This document shows positions 44,452 through 57,054 of a DNA stretch of 64,000 bases, piece after piece. The stretch comes from an uncultured Oscillospiraceae bacterium (GTDB lineage Bacteria; Bacillota; Clostridia; Oscillospirales; Butyricicoccaceae), in the NCBI GenBank assembly GCA_964541085.1, contig CAZIPA010000006.1, forward strand, positions 4,528-68,527, in the 5' to 3' direction. A program made the translations under genes and the position numbers. Under the pieces are notes generated by a model, which saw only the letters and a program-made list of their open reading frames with translations, did not search any database and was not told where the DNA came from. Position 1 is the stretch's first letter. Each line of letters starts with the position of its first letter.

Positions 44452-45366
44452 ATGAGTCTTGAAAAAGTAAGGCAGATCGCGGAGCGGTATCAGACCAACA
44501 GCAAAGCGCCGCTGGGATTTGTGTTCCGCGATCTGAAAACGGGGGAGTGCATCGCGTTTCACGGTGACGAGCCCTTTCCCACCGCAAGCGCCTACAAGGT
44601 GTATATCCTTGCAGAGCTCTTCCGGAAGGTTTATGCCGGAGAGTGCTCGTTGACAGATCGGTATCCTCTTCCGGAGGAGGTCAAGGCCAACGGCAGCGGT
44701 GTGCTGGCGTTGATGGATGCGGGACTGAATCTGACGCTGAAAGACTATGCCACGCTGATGATGATCCTTTCGGACAACACGGCAACGGATTTCCTCTTTC
44801 AGTTCCTTGGCCGGGACAACATTAAAAAGAATGTAATTGACGCGCTGGGTCTGGAAAAGACCAAATGCGACTGGGGCTGCGGCAAGCTCATTGAAATTTA
44901 TTATGAGATGCACGGCAGAACCTTTGCCCAGCTGCGAGCAGACAACGGCGGCGTCAATCCCAGCTATCACAATTCCAAATGGTATCAGTGTATCACCGAG
45001 GAGAACAACCAGACCACGCCGCTGGAGGCGGCAAAGATGCTGACGCTGCTGTATCAGGGTCAGTGGGTCTGTCCCGAGGCCAGCGCGGCCATGCTGGATA
45101 TCATGAAGGAATGTCAGACCAACTCCCGGATCCCGCTGCGGCTGCCGCCCTCTGTGGAGGTAGCCCACAAAACGGGCACCATGGACAAGCTGAATGTGGA
45201 TATCGGTATCGTCTATGCGCCCAGGGGGGATTATATCCTCTGTATGTTCTATAACGGCAACCTGGCCAGTGCGGAGGATTATGCCGCCAATGACCGGGGC
45301 CGTGTGGGTGACGCCTATCTGGCAGAGCTCTCCGGTGCCATTTATCAGGCATACATGGAAGACTGA
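44452..45366 (+). CDS. Class A beta-lactamase-related serine hydrolase
   Basis: 304 aa with no signal peptide. S-x-x-K (SAYK), S-D-N (LSDNTATD) and K-T-G (HKTG) motifs. AAGGAGGG RBS. Confidence 0.8.
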   Translation: MSLEKVRQIAERYQTNSKAPLGFVFRDLKTGECIAFHGDEPFPTASAYKVYILAELFRKVYAGECSLTDRYPLPEEVKANGSGVLALMDAGLNLTLKDYATLMMILSDNTATDFLFQFLGRDNIKKNVIDALGLEKTKCDWGCGKLIEIYYEMHGRTFAQLRADNGGVNPSYHNSKWYQCITEENNQTTPLEAAKMLTLLYQGQWVCPEASAAMLDIMKECQTNSRIPLRLPPSVEVAHKTGTMDKLNVDIGIVYAPRGDYILCMFYNGNLASAEDYAANDRGRVGDAYLAELSGAIYQAYMED

Positions 45367-45428
45367 CCCGCTGCCCGTCCCGGGGCAGGATTCCCGGGAG
45401 GGCGCATCCATCGAAGGGAGATGTAATT

Positions 45429-46367
45429 TTGCAGTACATTATCAAACGATTGCTCGTAGGCGTGGCCCTGATCCTGTGTGTTTCCTTTCTGGTGTTCAGT
45501 ATGCTGTATCTGATGCCCGGAAGCCCGGTCACGCTGATGGCGGGCGAAGGCGCAAGTCAGGAGCGGCTGGCGGAAATCGAAAGGGAATACGGTCTGGACA
45601 AACCGCTGCTGGTGCAGTATTTCAACTGGATCCGCAACATCGTGTTCCATCAGGATTTCGGCATTTCCTTTAAGTATAAGCTGCCGGTGTGGGATCTGGT
45701 GTCCGAGCGGATTCCCGTCAGTCTGAAGCTGTCGGTGATTACCGCCGTGATCCAGTATGCGCTGGCCATCCCGCTGGGCCTGCTGTGTGCCTATAAAAAA
45801 GACTCCATTCTGGACAAGCTGACAGTGTATACCTCGCTGATCCTGACCTCCATCCCGTCGTTCTGGATCTCCGTGCTGCTGATGCTGCTGTTTGCCGTGA
45901 AGCTGCAATGGCTTCCCATGACCGAGCTGCAAAGCTGGAAGAGCTATATCCTTCCCATTTCCGCCGGCGTGCTCAGCGGCCTTGCCAGCACCATCCGTCT
46001 GACCAAAAGCGAGGCGCTGGATGCTCTTCAGGAAAAATATGTGACCACCGCCTATGCCAAGGGTCTGCATGAGCGGGCCGTGCGCATCGGCCATGTGCTC
46101 CGCAATTCTCTGATTATCATCTGTGTGCAGGTGTTCCAGTCGCTGCCCTGGCTGATTTCCGGCTATATCATCATCGAAAAGATTTTCGTCATCAACGGCA
46201 TGGGCAGCCTGCTGATTACCTCGATTATTTATCAGGATTTCAACATCGTCCAGTGTCTGGTGTTCATCATTTCCATCCTGACGGTCATCTGCAATATTAT
46301 GGCCGACATCGTTCTGGGGCTTCTGGATCCCCGGATCCGCATCTCTACCGGCGGAGGTGACAAATAA
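45429..46367 (+). CDS. Peptide/nickel ABC transporter permease (DppB/OppB-like)
   Basis: 312 aa with a TTG start after GGGAG. The typical N-terminus QYIIKRLL and the EAA-loop region (YVTTAYAKGL.E). Confidence 0.88.
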   Translation: MQYIIKRLLVGVALILCVSFLVFSMLYLMPGSPVTLMAGEGASQERLAEIEREYGLDKPLLVQYFNWIRNIVFHQDFGISFKYKLPVWDLVSERIPVSLKLSVITAVIQYALAIPLGLLCAYKKDSILDKLTVYTSLILTSIPSFWISVLLMLLFAVKLQWLPMTELQSWKSYILPISAGVLSGLASTIRLTKSEALDALQEKYVTTAYAKGLHERAVRIGHVLRNSLIIICVQVFQSLPWLISGYIIIEKIFVINGMGSLLITSIIYQDFNIVQCLVFIISILTVICNIMADIVLGLLDPRIRISTGGGDK

Positions 46368-47218
46368 TGCAGGATAGCCCGTGGAAGAGCTTTTTCAAAA
46401 GCTGTTGGAAAAACCTCAACTTCATGGTGGGCATCATCATGCTGCTGAGCGTCATATTTGTGGCGGTATTTGCCGATCAGGTGGCTCCCTATGCCTATGA
46501 TGAAGGCAATCCGCTGGTGAAGTTTTCGCCTCCCAGTGCGGAGCATCTGCTGGGTACCGACTATATGGGCCGTGACCAGCTGAGCCGTATCATCCACGGC
46601 GCCCGCATCACCCTGAAGGTGGCGCTGCTGGGCGGCAGCATCCAGCTGGCGCTGGGCGTGATCGTGGGTCTGTTCTGCGGCTTCTATGGCGGCATTGTGG
46701 ATCGGATCATGCTGTTCTTCGCAGACCTGACCTGGTGCGTTCCCGGCACCGTGATGGCTCTGGCTGTGGTTACGGTGGTGGGTACCAACCTGACCAACGC
46801 CATCATCGCCATTGCCATGGTCAACTGGGCCTCCATGGCCCGAACTGTCCGGGCAAAAACCATGTCCCTGAAGAATATGGCCTTTATCGAGACGGGCGTT
46901 GCCTTCGGTGAAAGCAATCTGGCCCTGATGTTCCGCTATATTCTTCCCAATATCGTTCCCGCGCTGATCGTCATGGTGTCCATGGCACTGCCCGGAACCA
47001 TCATGTCCACCACCACCCTGTCCTTCCTGGGCGTGGGCTCTCAGCCCCCCTCTCCCGACTGGGGCCTGATGGTGTCGGACGGCATCAAGTACATTACCAA
47101 GGCACCCTGGCTGGCCATTTACCCCGGCCTGGCTCTGGTGTATACCGTGTTGAGCTTTACCATTCTGGGCGAGGGCCTGCGGGACCTGCTGGATCCCAGA
47201 ATGAAGTCTCAGGGCTAA
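46367..47218 (+). CDS. Peptide/nickel ABC transporter permease (DppC/OppC-like)
   Basis: 283 aa. The start overlaps the previous stop (TAATG). Typical LGTDYMGRD motif. Confidence 0.88.
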   Translation: MQDSPWKSFFKSCWKNLNFMVGIIMLLSVIFVAVFADQVAPYAYDEGNPLVKFSPPSAEHLLGTDYMGRDQLSRIIHGARITLKVALLGGSIQLALGVIVGLFCGFYGGIVDRIMLFFADLTWCVPGTVMALAVVTVVGTNLTNAIIAIAMVNWASMARTVRAKTMSLKNMAFIETGVAFGESNLALMFRYILPNIVPALIVMVSMALPGTIMSTTTLSFLGVGSQPPSPDWGLMVSDGIKYITKAPWLAIYPGLALVYTVLSFTILGEGLRDLLDPRMKSQG

Positions 47219-47231
47219 GGAGGTGCGGAGC

Positions 47232-48206
47232 ATGAGTAACGAAAAGCTGCTTCAACTGGAAAACCTGTCCATCGACTACAAGGTGCGGGACGGTTATCTC
47301 AGCGCCGTCAAGGATGTCTCCTTTGATATCAACCGGGGCGAAATCTTCGCCGTGGTGGGAGAATCCGGCTGCGGCAAATCCACCATCGCCCATTCTATCA
47401 TGCGGCTGCTGGACAAAAATGCCCGCGTCACCGGCAGCATCGTCTATAACGGCACCGATCTGCAATCGCTGACTGACAAACAGATCACCGAGGTGCGCGG
47501 CCGGGATATCGGCATGATCTTCCAGAATCCGCTGGATTCCCTGAACCCGGTGTATACCACCGGCCATCAGGTGAACGAGGCCATTATGCTGGACGGCGTC
47601 AACAAGCTGGAGGGCTGGCAGAAGGTCATCGAGCTGTACCGGAGCATCAAAATGCCCGACCCGGAAAAGCGGGCCAAGGCCTTCCCCCACGAGATGAGCG
47701 GCGGTATGCGCCAGCGTGTCATGATCGCCATGATGCTCAGCCGCAACCCCTCCCTGCTCATCGCCGACGAACCAACCACTGCGCTGGATGTGACCATCGA
47801 GGCACAGATTCTGGAGATCATCAGCCAGCTGAAAAATGAGTTCCACAGCTCTGTCATGATGATTACCCACAACTTTGGTCTGGTGGCGGAGATCGCCGAC
47901 CGTGTGGCCATCATGTACGCCGGTGAGCTGGTGGAGCAGGGCGATGTGTATGAGGTCTTTGCCAACCCCATCCATCCCTATACCCGTCTGTTGATGAAGG
48001 CGCTGCCCCGGGGCTCCAAGCGGGACGGCCGTCTGCAAACCATTGACGGCTCCGTGCCCCGCCTGACAGAGAAAAAGCCCGGCTGCCGCTTTGCCAACCG
48101 CTGTCCCATGGCCAAAGAGATCTGCTCTCAGCAGGATCCCCAGGTTCGCAGTGTCAGCGCCACCCATACATTCCGGTGCCACTTTGCAGAGGAGGGTGTG
48201 TTATGA
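47232..48206 (+). CDS. Peptide ABC transporter ATP-binding protein (DppD/OppD-like)
   Basis: 324 aa from ATG 47232 (AAGGAGG RBS). Walker A GESGCGKST, signature MSGGMRQR, Walker B LLIADEPTTALD. Confidence 0.9.
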   Translation: MSNEKLLQLENLSIDYKVRDGYLSAVKDVSFDINRGEIFAVVGESGCGKSTIAHSIMRLLDKNARVTGSIVYNGTDLQSLTDKQITEVRGRDIGMIFQNPLDSLNPVYTTGHQVNEAIMLDGVNKLEGWQKVIELYRSIKMPDPEKRAKAFPHEMSGGMRQRVMIAMMLSRNPSLLIADEPTTALDVTIEAQILEIISQLKNEFHSSVMMITHNFGLVAEIADRVAIMYAGELVEQGDVYEVFANPIHPYTRLLMKALPRGSKRDGRLQTIDGSVPRLTEKKPGCRFANRCPMAKEICSQQDPQVRSVSATHTFRCHFAEEGVL

Positions 48207-49189
48207 AGCAAGAACAGCAAGCGATTTGCATCGAGCATCTGTACAAGCAGTTTTCTGTGGACAACGGCTTTTTCAGCAAGGGCAAAAACAGCGTCAAGGC
48301 CGTGAACGATGTGAGCCTGACCCTGAACAAGGGTGAGATTCTGGGTCTGGTGGGTGAATCCGGCTCCGGCAAAACCACGCTGGCCCGGCTGATCCTCAAC
48401 CTGACCAAGGCAACCAGCGGCTCTGTCACCATCGACGGCATCAATCTTTCCAGGGCATCCGCCGCCGAGGTAAAGCTGCTGCGGCAGAAAATCGCCGTGG
48501 TATTTCAGGACCCGGCCTCCAATCTGAACCCCCGGGAAACGGTCATGAGCAGCATCATGCGTCCGCTGGTGCTCCATGGAATGTCCAAGGCCGAGGCTCG
48601 GGAAAAGGCCCGGGAGACCCTGCGCAGCGTGAAGATGGACGAGCATTATCTGAACAGCTATCCCCACCAGCTTTCCGGCGGCCAGCTGCAAAGAATCGCC
48701 ATCGCCCGCGCGCTGGCGGTGAATCCGGAGATCATGATTCTGGACGAGCCCACCTCCGCGCTGGATGTTTCCGTGCAGGCACAGATTCTGAACCTGCTGC
48801 TGGATCTGCAGGAGCAGCATCAGCTGACCTATCTGGTCATTACCCACGACCTGAATGTGATCCGCTATATCAGCGATCGGGTGGCGGTGATGTATCTGGG
48901 CAAGCTGGTGGAATACGGCCCCACGGACATCATCTGCGCCAACCCCAGCCACCCCTATACCAAGGCGCTGATGGCAGCCTCTCCCATTCTGGATCCCACC
49001 CTGCGCGGCCGGGAGAAGCACATCATGAAGGGCGACCCCGGCAGTCTCATCCATCTGCCCGAGGGCTGTCACTTCCATCCCCGTTGTCCCTATGCACAGG
49101 AACAGTGCCTGAAGCAGGAGCCGGAAATGCTCCAGCTGGCGGAAAATCACTGGGCCTGCTGCCACCTCTGCGGCAGGACAGAGGAATAA
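48203..49189 (+). CDS. Peptide ABC transporter ATP-binding protein (DppF/OppF-like)
   Basis: 328 aa; the ATG overlaps the previous stop (ATGA). Walker [10 protein letters not shown], signature LSGGQLQR, Walker [12 protein letters not shown]. Confidence 0.9.
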   Translation: MKQEQQAICIEHLYKQFSVDNGFFSKGKNSVKAVNDVSLTLNKGEILGLVGESGSGKTTLARLILNLTKATSGSVTIDGINLSRASAAEVKLLRQKIAVVFQDPASNLNPRETVMSSIMRPLVLHGMSKAEAREKARETLRSVKMDEHYLNSYPHQLSGGQLQRIAIARALAVNPEIMILDEPTSALDVSVQAQILNLLLDLQEQHQLTYLVITHDLNVIRYISDRVAVMYLGKLVEYGPTDIICANPSHPYTKALMAASPILDPTLRGREKHIMKGDPGSLIHLPEGCHFHPRCPYAQEQCLKQEPEMLQLAENHWACCHLCGRTEE

Positions 49190-49254
49190 CATCCGTCTGA
49201 TGCCCCGTCTGCGGGGAATTGGAAATAACACAAAAATTGAATGGAGGAAGCAAA

Positions 49255-50895
49255 ATGAAGAAGTATGTAGCTCTGCTGCTGGCAGCAATGATGGTACTTG
49301 CCATGCTTGCCGGTTGCGGCAACAACGACAACAGCAACAACAGCAACCCCGGCGAAAACAGCAACCCCGGAAATCAGGCAGCAACCAATGAGGGCGGAAA
49401 GAAAATTCCCGAGCAGCTCACCATCGTGGGCAACACCTGGGACGGCATTGATATGTACCAGGTTACTTCCTGGAACGATGGCGCACAGGGCCTGGCCGCG
49501 GACAGCATTCTGACCATGGGCGACGATGGCCGCGCGATTCCCCAGATTGCTTCCAACTCCGTCTGGAGCGAAGATGGTCTGACCTGGACGCTGACTTTCC
49601 CCGAGGGAATGTACTACAGCACCGGCGAGCAGCTGGAGCCCGAGGATGTGGTGGCCAGCATTGAGCATGGTCTGGAATACAGCAGCTGGGCAGACGGCTA
49701 TGCCGCCATCGAATCCATGGAGATCAATGGCCGGGATGTCATCTTCCACCTCACCGAGTATCAGGCCGATATGGAGTTCAACTTCATGAGCAGCTTTGTG
49801 GGCGTCATCGACAAGGATGAGCTGGACACCATGAGCAACGAAGAGCTGCTGTGGGGCTGCCATCCCTATGGCGCTTACTACATCGACGAGTTCCAGGCCG
49901 GCGCCTATGTGATCCTGAAGGCCAACCCCGGCTATGTCACTCACAATCCCCTGGTGGAGAACAAGGGCAAGGTGCCCGTGGAGACCGTCAAGGTGGTCAT
50001 GGGCGGCGAAGATTTCACCTATTATACCGGCCTGATCAACGGCGAGTATGATCTGCTGAACTCTGCTCCCGCCGATTACCTCACCGATCTGCAGGCTGCG
50101 GAAAATGTCACGCTGGTGGAAAGCAGCTGCGCCATCACCGGCTACTGCGAGCTCAACACCAAGAACGAGTTCCTGGCGGAAGAAAATGTCCGTCTGGCCA
50201 TCATCCGCGGCTTTGACCGTGACAAGTGGGAAGCCTACAGCGACGATTACAACGATCTGACCTATGCGCTGATTCAGGACAACAGCCTGAACTACAGCCA
50301 GGAAGTCTGGGACTACTACAAGGAAAACTATGGCTATGATGTGGAAGCTGCCAAGCAGCTGCTGGCGGATGCCGGCTGGGCCGACACCGATGGCGACGGC
50401 TTTGTGGACAAGGGCGGCAAAAAGCTGGCCTTCACCTTCAGCTCCCGTGACTCTGACAACTCTGTGACCGTGGCTCAGTCCCTGCAGGAGGACATGAAGG
50501 CCATCGGCATTGATATGAACATCACCACGCAGGACTGGTCCTATGTCAACCAGGATGTGCGCGAAGGCAACTTCGACATGGCCTACATGAGCCTGGGCTG
50601 GTCCGAACCCCTGCTGCTTCTGAACAACTTCTGCAACCGCAGCGAAATCGACGCGGAATGCACCAACCTGGATCTGGAAGGCTATCTGGAGCTGGTTGCC
50701 AAGGTTCGCAGCACTGTGGACTATGACGAGCGCACCCAGGCTGTGGCCGATGTGCAGATGAAGCTGTTCAGCTACGCCACCATCATGCCTCTGCTGAGAG
50801 GTACCGCCTTCCGTTGCTGGAACAGCAGCCTGCAGGGTGTGGTGAGCACCGCCACCGGCAACCTGTTCCTGAACGATGTGTATGTGGTGGAATAA
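49255..50895 (+). CDS. ABC transporter substrate-binding lipoprotein (family 5, peptide-type)
   Basis: 546 aa from ATG 49255 (GGAGG RBS). Lipobox LAGC after the signal peptide. An Asn/Ser-rich linker, then an SBP_bac_5-like body. Confidence 0.88.
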   Translation: MKKYVALLLAAMMVLAMLAGCGNNDNSNNSNPGENSNPGNQAATNEGGKKIPEQLTIVGNTWDGIDMYQVTSWNDGAQGLAADSILTMGDDGRAIPQIASNSVWSEDGLTWTLTFPEGMYYSTGEQLEPEDVVASIEHGLEYSSWADGYAAIESMEINGRDVIFHLTEYQADMEFNFMSSFVGVIDKDELDTMSNEELLWGCHPYGAYYIDEFQAGAYVILKANPGYVTHNPLVENKGKVPVETVKVVMGGEDFTYYTGLINGEYDLLNSAPADYLTDLQAAENVTLVESSCAITGYCELNTKNEFLAEENVRLAIIRGFDRDKWEAYSDDYNDLTYALIQDNSLNYSQEVWDYYKENYGYDVEAAKQLLADAGWADTDGDGFVDKGGKKLAFTFSSRDSDNSVTVAQSLQEDMKAIGIDMNITTQDWSYVNQDVREGNFDMAYMSLGWSEPLLLLNNFCNRSEIDAECTNLDLEGYLELVAKVRSTVDYDERTQAVADVQMKLFSYATIMPLLRGTAFRCWNSSLQGVVSTATGNLFLNDVYVVE

Positions 50896-50942
50896 GCAGC
50901 CCCTGAATATTGCCCTTTCCTATTAACCGAGTATTGATGCAG

Positions 50943-50975
50943 AAGGTCCCTCCGTGGAAACACGGAGGGCCTTTT
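50943..50975 (+). terminator. Rho-independent terminator of the ABC operon
   Basis: AAGGTCCCTCCGTG-GAAA-CACGGAGGGCCTT followed by TTT. Confidence 0.75.
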
Positions 50976-50981
50976 GCGTAC

Positions 50982-51006
50982 AAAAAGCTCCGTCTTTCGA
51001 CGGAGC
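50982..51006 (-). terminator. Rho-independent terminator of the ATPase gene
   Basis: On the minus strand: GCTCCGTC-GAAA-GACGGAGC followed by TTTTT. Confidence 0.7.
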
Positions 51007-51017
51007 CGCAGGCCGCA

Positions 51018-52337
51018 TTATGCTTCGGCTGTCTCTGCCTGTATTTGCGGGAGCTGGTCGATGGCATACAGCGGCAGATTGATAAGTCCTTCTTCTTTTT
51101 TATAGTCCGCCATGGATGTGCGAACGGAAATTTCAGGAGAAAACCGTTCCCGATAGGCTTTCAGACTTTTGGCTTTGAGATTGACCTCCGCTTTCACTTC
51201 GACAGGAATGATCCCTTCTCCGGTGTCAACCACAAAGTCCACTTCGCAGGAGCCTCTGTCGTTGGTATAATAGTAAATATCCAGATCCCGGAGGGTTTTT
51301 AACTGCTGACAGACATACTGCTCTGTCAGAGCACCCTTGAATTCCACAAAAAGGTCGTTGCCATCCAGCAGAGTGCGGGGGCGCAGCCCGGACATACAAC
51401 CCAGAAGCCCCACATCTACCAGAAACAGCTTAAATGCTTTCAAGTCCTCATAAGCCCGCAGGGGGATGCCTGCTGCATTGACACGGCTGACCTTGTGAAC
51501 AAGGCCGCAATCGCTCAGCCACATAATTGCAGTTTCATAGTCCTTGGCACGGGCGCCTTCACGAACAAGACCGTAAATGAACTTTCTGTTTTCTTTTGCC
51601 AACTGAGAAGGTATGCTGTTCCATAGCATACGGAGTCTCGGCACAATTTCGTTCGGAGCGTGTTTGGAAAAATCCTGTTCGTAAGCTGCAAGGATTCGCT
51701 TTTGAATTTCACGAACTTCGTTAAAGTCCCTGTTCTCCGCAAAGCTTTGCACGGCTTCCGGCATACCGCCGACGAAGTAATAGTGCTTCAGGGCATCCAT
51801 ATAAGTCTGCTTAAAGCTGGTAATCATCGGAAAGTCTCGCTTATCAAGCAATTCGGCAAATCGCTCTTTATCGGTTGCCATCAAAAATTCCTTGAAGGAA
51901 AGGGGATACAGTTTTAAGAAATCCACTTTGCCCACAGGGAAAGATGTGCCTTGATGCAAGGCAATACCAAGTAACGAACCGGCGCATACAATGTGATACT
52001 GCGGCGCATTTTCATAAAAATATTTCAGAGAAGCCAACGCTCTCGGAACTTCCTGCACTTCGTCAAAAATCAGCAAAGCCTTTTCGGGATCAATTTTATG
52101 TCCCGCATACAACTCCAGCCCCAGAAGCAGGCGATCCGTATCCAGATCAGAGGCAAACAGCTCTGCCATTCTGGGATTGGAGTCAAAATTGATATAGATG
52201 GTATCCGCATACGCCTGCCGGCCAAACTCTTTCATCAGCCAGGTCTTGCCCACCTGACGGGCGCCTTCGATAATTAAAGGCTTGCGGCGTTTGCTTTCCT
52301 TCCATTGTAACAGCGCTTCCATGGCAATCCGGTACAT
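51018..52337 (-). CDS. AAA+ ATPase (AAA_14 + DUF4143-type)
   Basis: 439 aa from ATG 52337 (GGAGG RBS). Walker A GARQVGKTWL, Walker B LLIFDEVQ. The C-terminal part (DRGSCEVDFVV, VEVK) resembles a DUF4143 nuclease-like fold. Visibly lower G+C than its neighbours. Confidence 0.82.
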   Translation of the reverse strand: MYRIAMEALLQWKESKRRKPLIIEGARQVGKTWLMKEFGRQAYADTIYINFDSNPRMAELFASDLDTDRLLLGLELYAGHKIDPEKALLIFDEVQEVPRALASLKYFYENAPQYHIVCAGSLLGIALHQGTSFPVGKVDFLKLYPLSFKEFLMATDKERFAELLDKRDFPMITSFKQTYMDALKHYYFVGGMPEAVQSFAENRDFNEVREIQKRILAAYEQDFSKHAPNEIVPRLRMLWNSIPSQLAKENRKFIYGLVREGARAKDYETAIMWLSDCGLVHKVSRVNAAGIPLRAYEDLKAFKLFLVDVGLLGCMSGLRPRTLLDGNDLFVEFKGALTEQYVCQQLKTLRDLDIYYYTNDRGSCEVDFVVDTGEGIIPVEVKAEVNLKAKSLKAYRERFSPEISVRTSMADYKKEEGLINLPLYAIDQLPQIQAETAEA

Positions 52338-52561
52338 ATGCACACCTCCATTCGCAGAATGCAAGTATAGTATACCACCAATTACAAAAAATGCAACGAA
52401 TTTTAGCACAATGACAACATTTTTTACGATGAATAAAGTGTTGCTCCTGTCTTTCCCCGGCTGCGAACGAGAAAAAGCGATACCCGGCTGCGAAAACCGG
52501 ATATCGCCAGTTTTTTATGGTATCTTTGAAAGGCGGAGCCTGCGGTCTCTCCGAGGGAAAC

Positions 52562-53407
52562 TCAGCGGTAAAGATCCGCGTCGTCCCGGAAGGCGGCGGC
52601 CAGAGAGGTGCCGATCATAAAGGCATTGTAAGCCGTGAGATAATCCGGGCCAAAATAGCGCACCCGGTTTTCATCCAGCCGGAGGGTGTTCTGGGCGGTG
52701 GCAGCCCGGGCGGCCTGCACCTCGGCAGAATAGCGCACATCAATGTGAACCTCTCCCTCCAGACGCATGGGACGAATGCCGTCCTTCTGCCAGTTCAGCA
52801 GCGCCTGCCGGACAGCTTCTGTAATGGCCTGGGCGGTTCGCTGGGGATGATGGCACAGGGCCGCGTTGTTGCTGATGGCGGTTTTGGTTTCCACGGTATA
52901 CACACCGGGAATGCTCTCCCGGGCATCGGCACACACCAGATCATCGCCGGACAGGAACACCACGGGAATGTTGTACGCACCCAGACAATAGCCCACAAGG
53001 TCATGCTCAGAGGCCAGCTTGCCGTTGATGACCAGCTCTACCATGGAGCCATAGGAATAGCTGTGGCTGGCAACACCCTTGGCACCCTTTCTCCGGTGAT
53101 AGCCAATGAGCAGCGCCGCGTCAAAGCCCAGCTGTGCGCCCTCGGCCATGCCCAGCGGACGCAGAGAGCCGGAGATCAGGTCGATGCGGGGATCCAGCTG
53201 TTCGATCAGGAGATTGTTGCCGTTGTTGTGGGCATCGTTGACCACCACCAGCTCTGCCCCGGCCTGATAGGCACCCTCGGCGGCGGCGTTGATATCGCTG
53301 GCCATCATGCGGCGGGCAAAGGCATATTCCACATTGCTGCTCATGACCTGTCCCAGATTGAAGATGCCGGAAACGCCCTCTGCATCCATGGAAATATATA
53401 CGCGCAT
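52562..53407 (-). CDS. dppA: M55-family D-aminopeptidase (DppA-like)
   Basis: 281 aa. N-terminus MRVYISMDAEGVSGI and NDAHNNGNN are typical of Peptidase_M55. Confidence 0.82.
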   Translation of the reverse strand: MRVYISMDAEGVSGIFNLGQVMSSNVEYAFARRMMASDINAAAEGAYQAGAELVVVNDAHNNGNNLLIEQLDPRIDLISGSLRPLGMAEGAQLGFDAALLIGYHRRKGAKGVASHSYSYGSMVELVINGKLASEHDLVGYCLGAYNIPVVFLSGDDLVCADARESIPGVYTVETKTAISNNAALCHHPQRTAQAITEAVRQALLNWQKDGIRPMRLEGEVHIDVRYSAEVQAARAATAQNTLRLDENRVRYFGPDYLTAYNAFMIGTSLAAAFRDDADLYR

Positions 53408-53565
53408 TTTTGCTTCATCCCTTCTTTTTCGCGGTGAACACGGTATTTTTCCCGGCGGAGCTGCCGGAAGCTCTTTGACTTTATTATAACAGATTTTGAA
53501 GAAAATGGCTATACTATTTCCGGTTTTTCTATGAATCCTGCGGCATTGCGGATTTTCCGAAGGAG

Positions 53566-53672
53566 GAGCGCACTGCGCCTTTGGCGCAATGATATCTTCT
53601 TCGAAGGTGAAATCGCCTTCGGCAATGATATCCCTGCGGGGATGGGAGAGAAGTGAAGCACCTGCGGGCGTT
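53566..53672. repeat. Intergenic repeat (two AATGATATC motifs + module A start)
   Basis: AATGATATC at 53588-53596 and 53623-53631, ATCTTC-TTC-GAAG hairpin, CCCTGCGGGGATGGG...CCTGCGGGCG as in the other copies. Confidence 0.7.
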
Positions 53673-53694
53673 AGGGAGGCAAGCGGCAGCCCGC

Positions 53695-56310
<2,616 letters not shown>

Positions 56311-56346
56311 ACTGCAAACCTCCCTGTTATGTCACGCTTCCCGCAG

Positions 56347-56982
56347 TCAGATGGCGGGATAGCGGCTGTAATAGCCTTCACAGGCATTCCGCACCGCTGC
56401 CGGTGCGCCGGTGCCGTCCTCCGGATTGCTGAAAAAGTCCTTCATGCCTGTCTGCATGGCCCGGATATAGGCCGCCAGCACCGCCCCCTGCTCCCGTTCG
56501 CTGAGACTCTGGGGCAGGAAAAAGCGGCGGGAAAAGCGGCTTTCCTCCAGAATACAGTCGGGCATTCCGCAAATGGCCTTTTCCACACCGGCCCACAGAC
56601 GGAAAAACCGGTTAAAATACAGAATCAAAGCATCGCTCCGGCTGCGCAGCGACACCCGCAGCTCTCCCGCACCCGGCCTGCCGGGGAACAGCTCCACACT
56701 GTACCGCACGGTGGGATTGTATTTGTACCGCAGAGCCGAACGAAAGCTCATCATGCTCTCCGAGGATTGCAGCAGCGTCTGAAACACGCCGCCGTCGGTG
56801 AGCAGACTTTCCGCCTGACCAAAGATTTCCCGCATCCGCATTTCCGGCGTGACGCAGGACACCGCCTCTGCCAGCAGGCGGTTCATCATGGCAGAACGGC
56901 TGAGCCCGTGGGCATAGGCCGCCTGATCCACCGCCTGCACCACCTCATCGGACAGAACGATGGAATAGACACTTTTGCTCAT
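56347..56982 (-). CDS. Ribbon-helix-helix (CopG-like) N-terminal domain protein
   Basis: 211 aa. RHH pattern SVYSIVLSDEVVQAVDQAAYAHGLSRSAMMNRLLAE. 36 nt upstream of clpB on the same strand. GGGAGG RBS. Confidence 0.7.
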   Translation of the reverse strand: MSKSVYSIVLSDEVVQAVDQAAYAHGLSRSAMMNRLLAEAVSCVTPEMRMREIFGQAESLLTDGGVFQTLLQSSESMMSFRSALRYKYNPTVRYSVELFPGRPGAGELRVSLRSRSDALILYFNRFFRLWAGVEKAICGMPDCILEESRFSRRFFLPQSLSEREQGAVLAAYIRAMQTGMKDFFSNPEDGTGAPAAVRNACEGYYSRYPAI

Positions 56983-57012
56983 GCTGTGGCCTCCCTTCCT
57001 GTTTTCGCCTTC

Positions 57013-57040
57013 AGTATACCACGGTTTGAAACTTTGTCAA
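57013..57040 (-). promoter_or_regulatory. Strong promoter for the RHH-clpB unit
   Basis: Minus strand: TTGACA (57040-57035), 16-nt spacer ending TGg, TATACT (57018-57013). Confidence 0.55.
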
Positions 57041-57054
57041 CGGTTTTATATAAT
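57026..57054 (+). promoter_or_regulatory. Divergent promoter for the DUF11 gene
   Basis: TTGAAA (57026-57031), 17-nt spacer, TATAAT (57049-57054). It overlaps the minus-strand -35. Confidence 0.5.
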
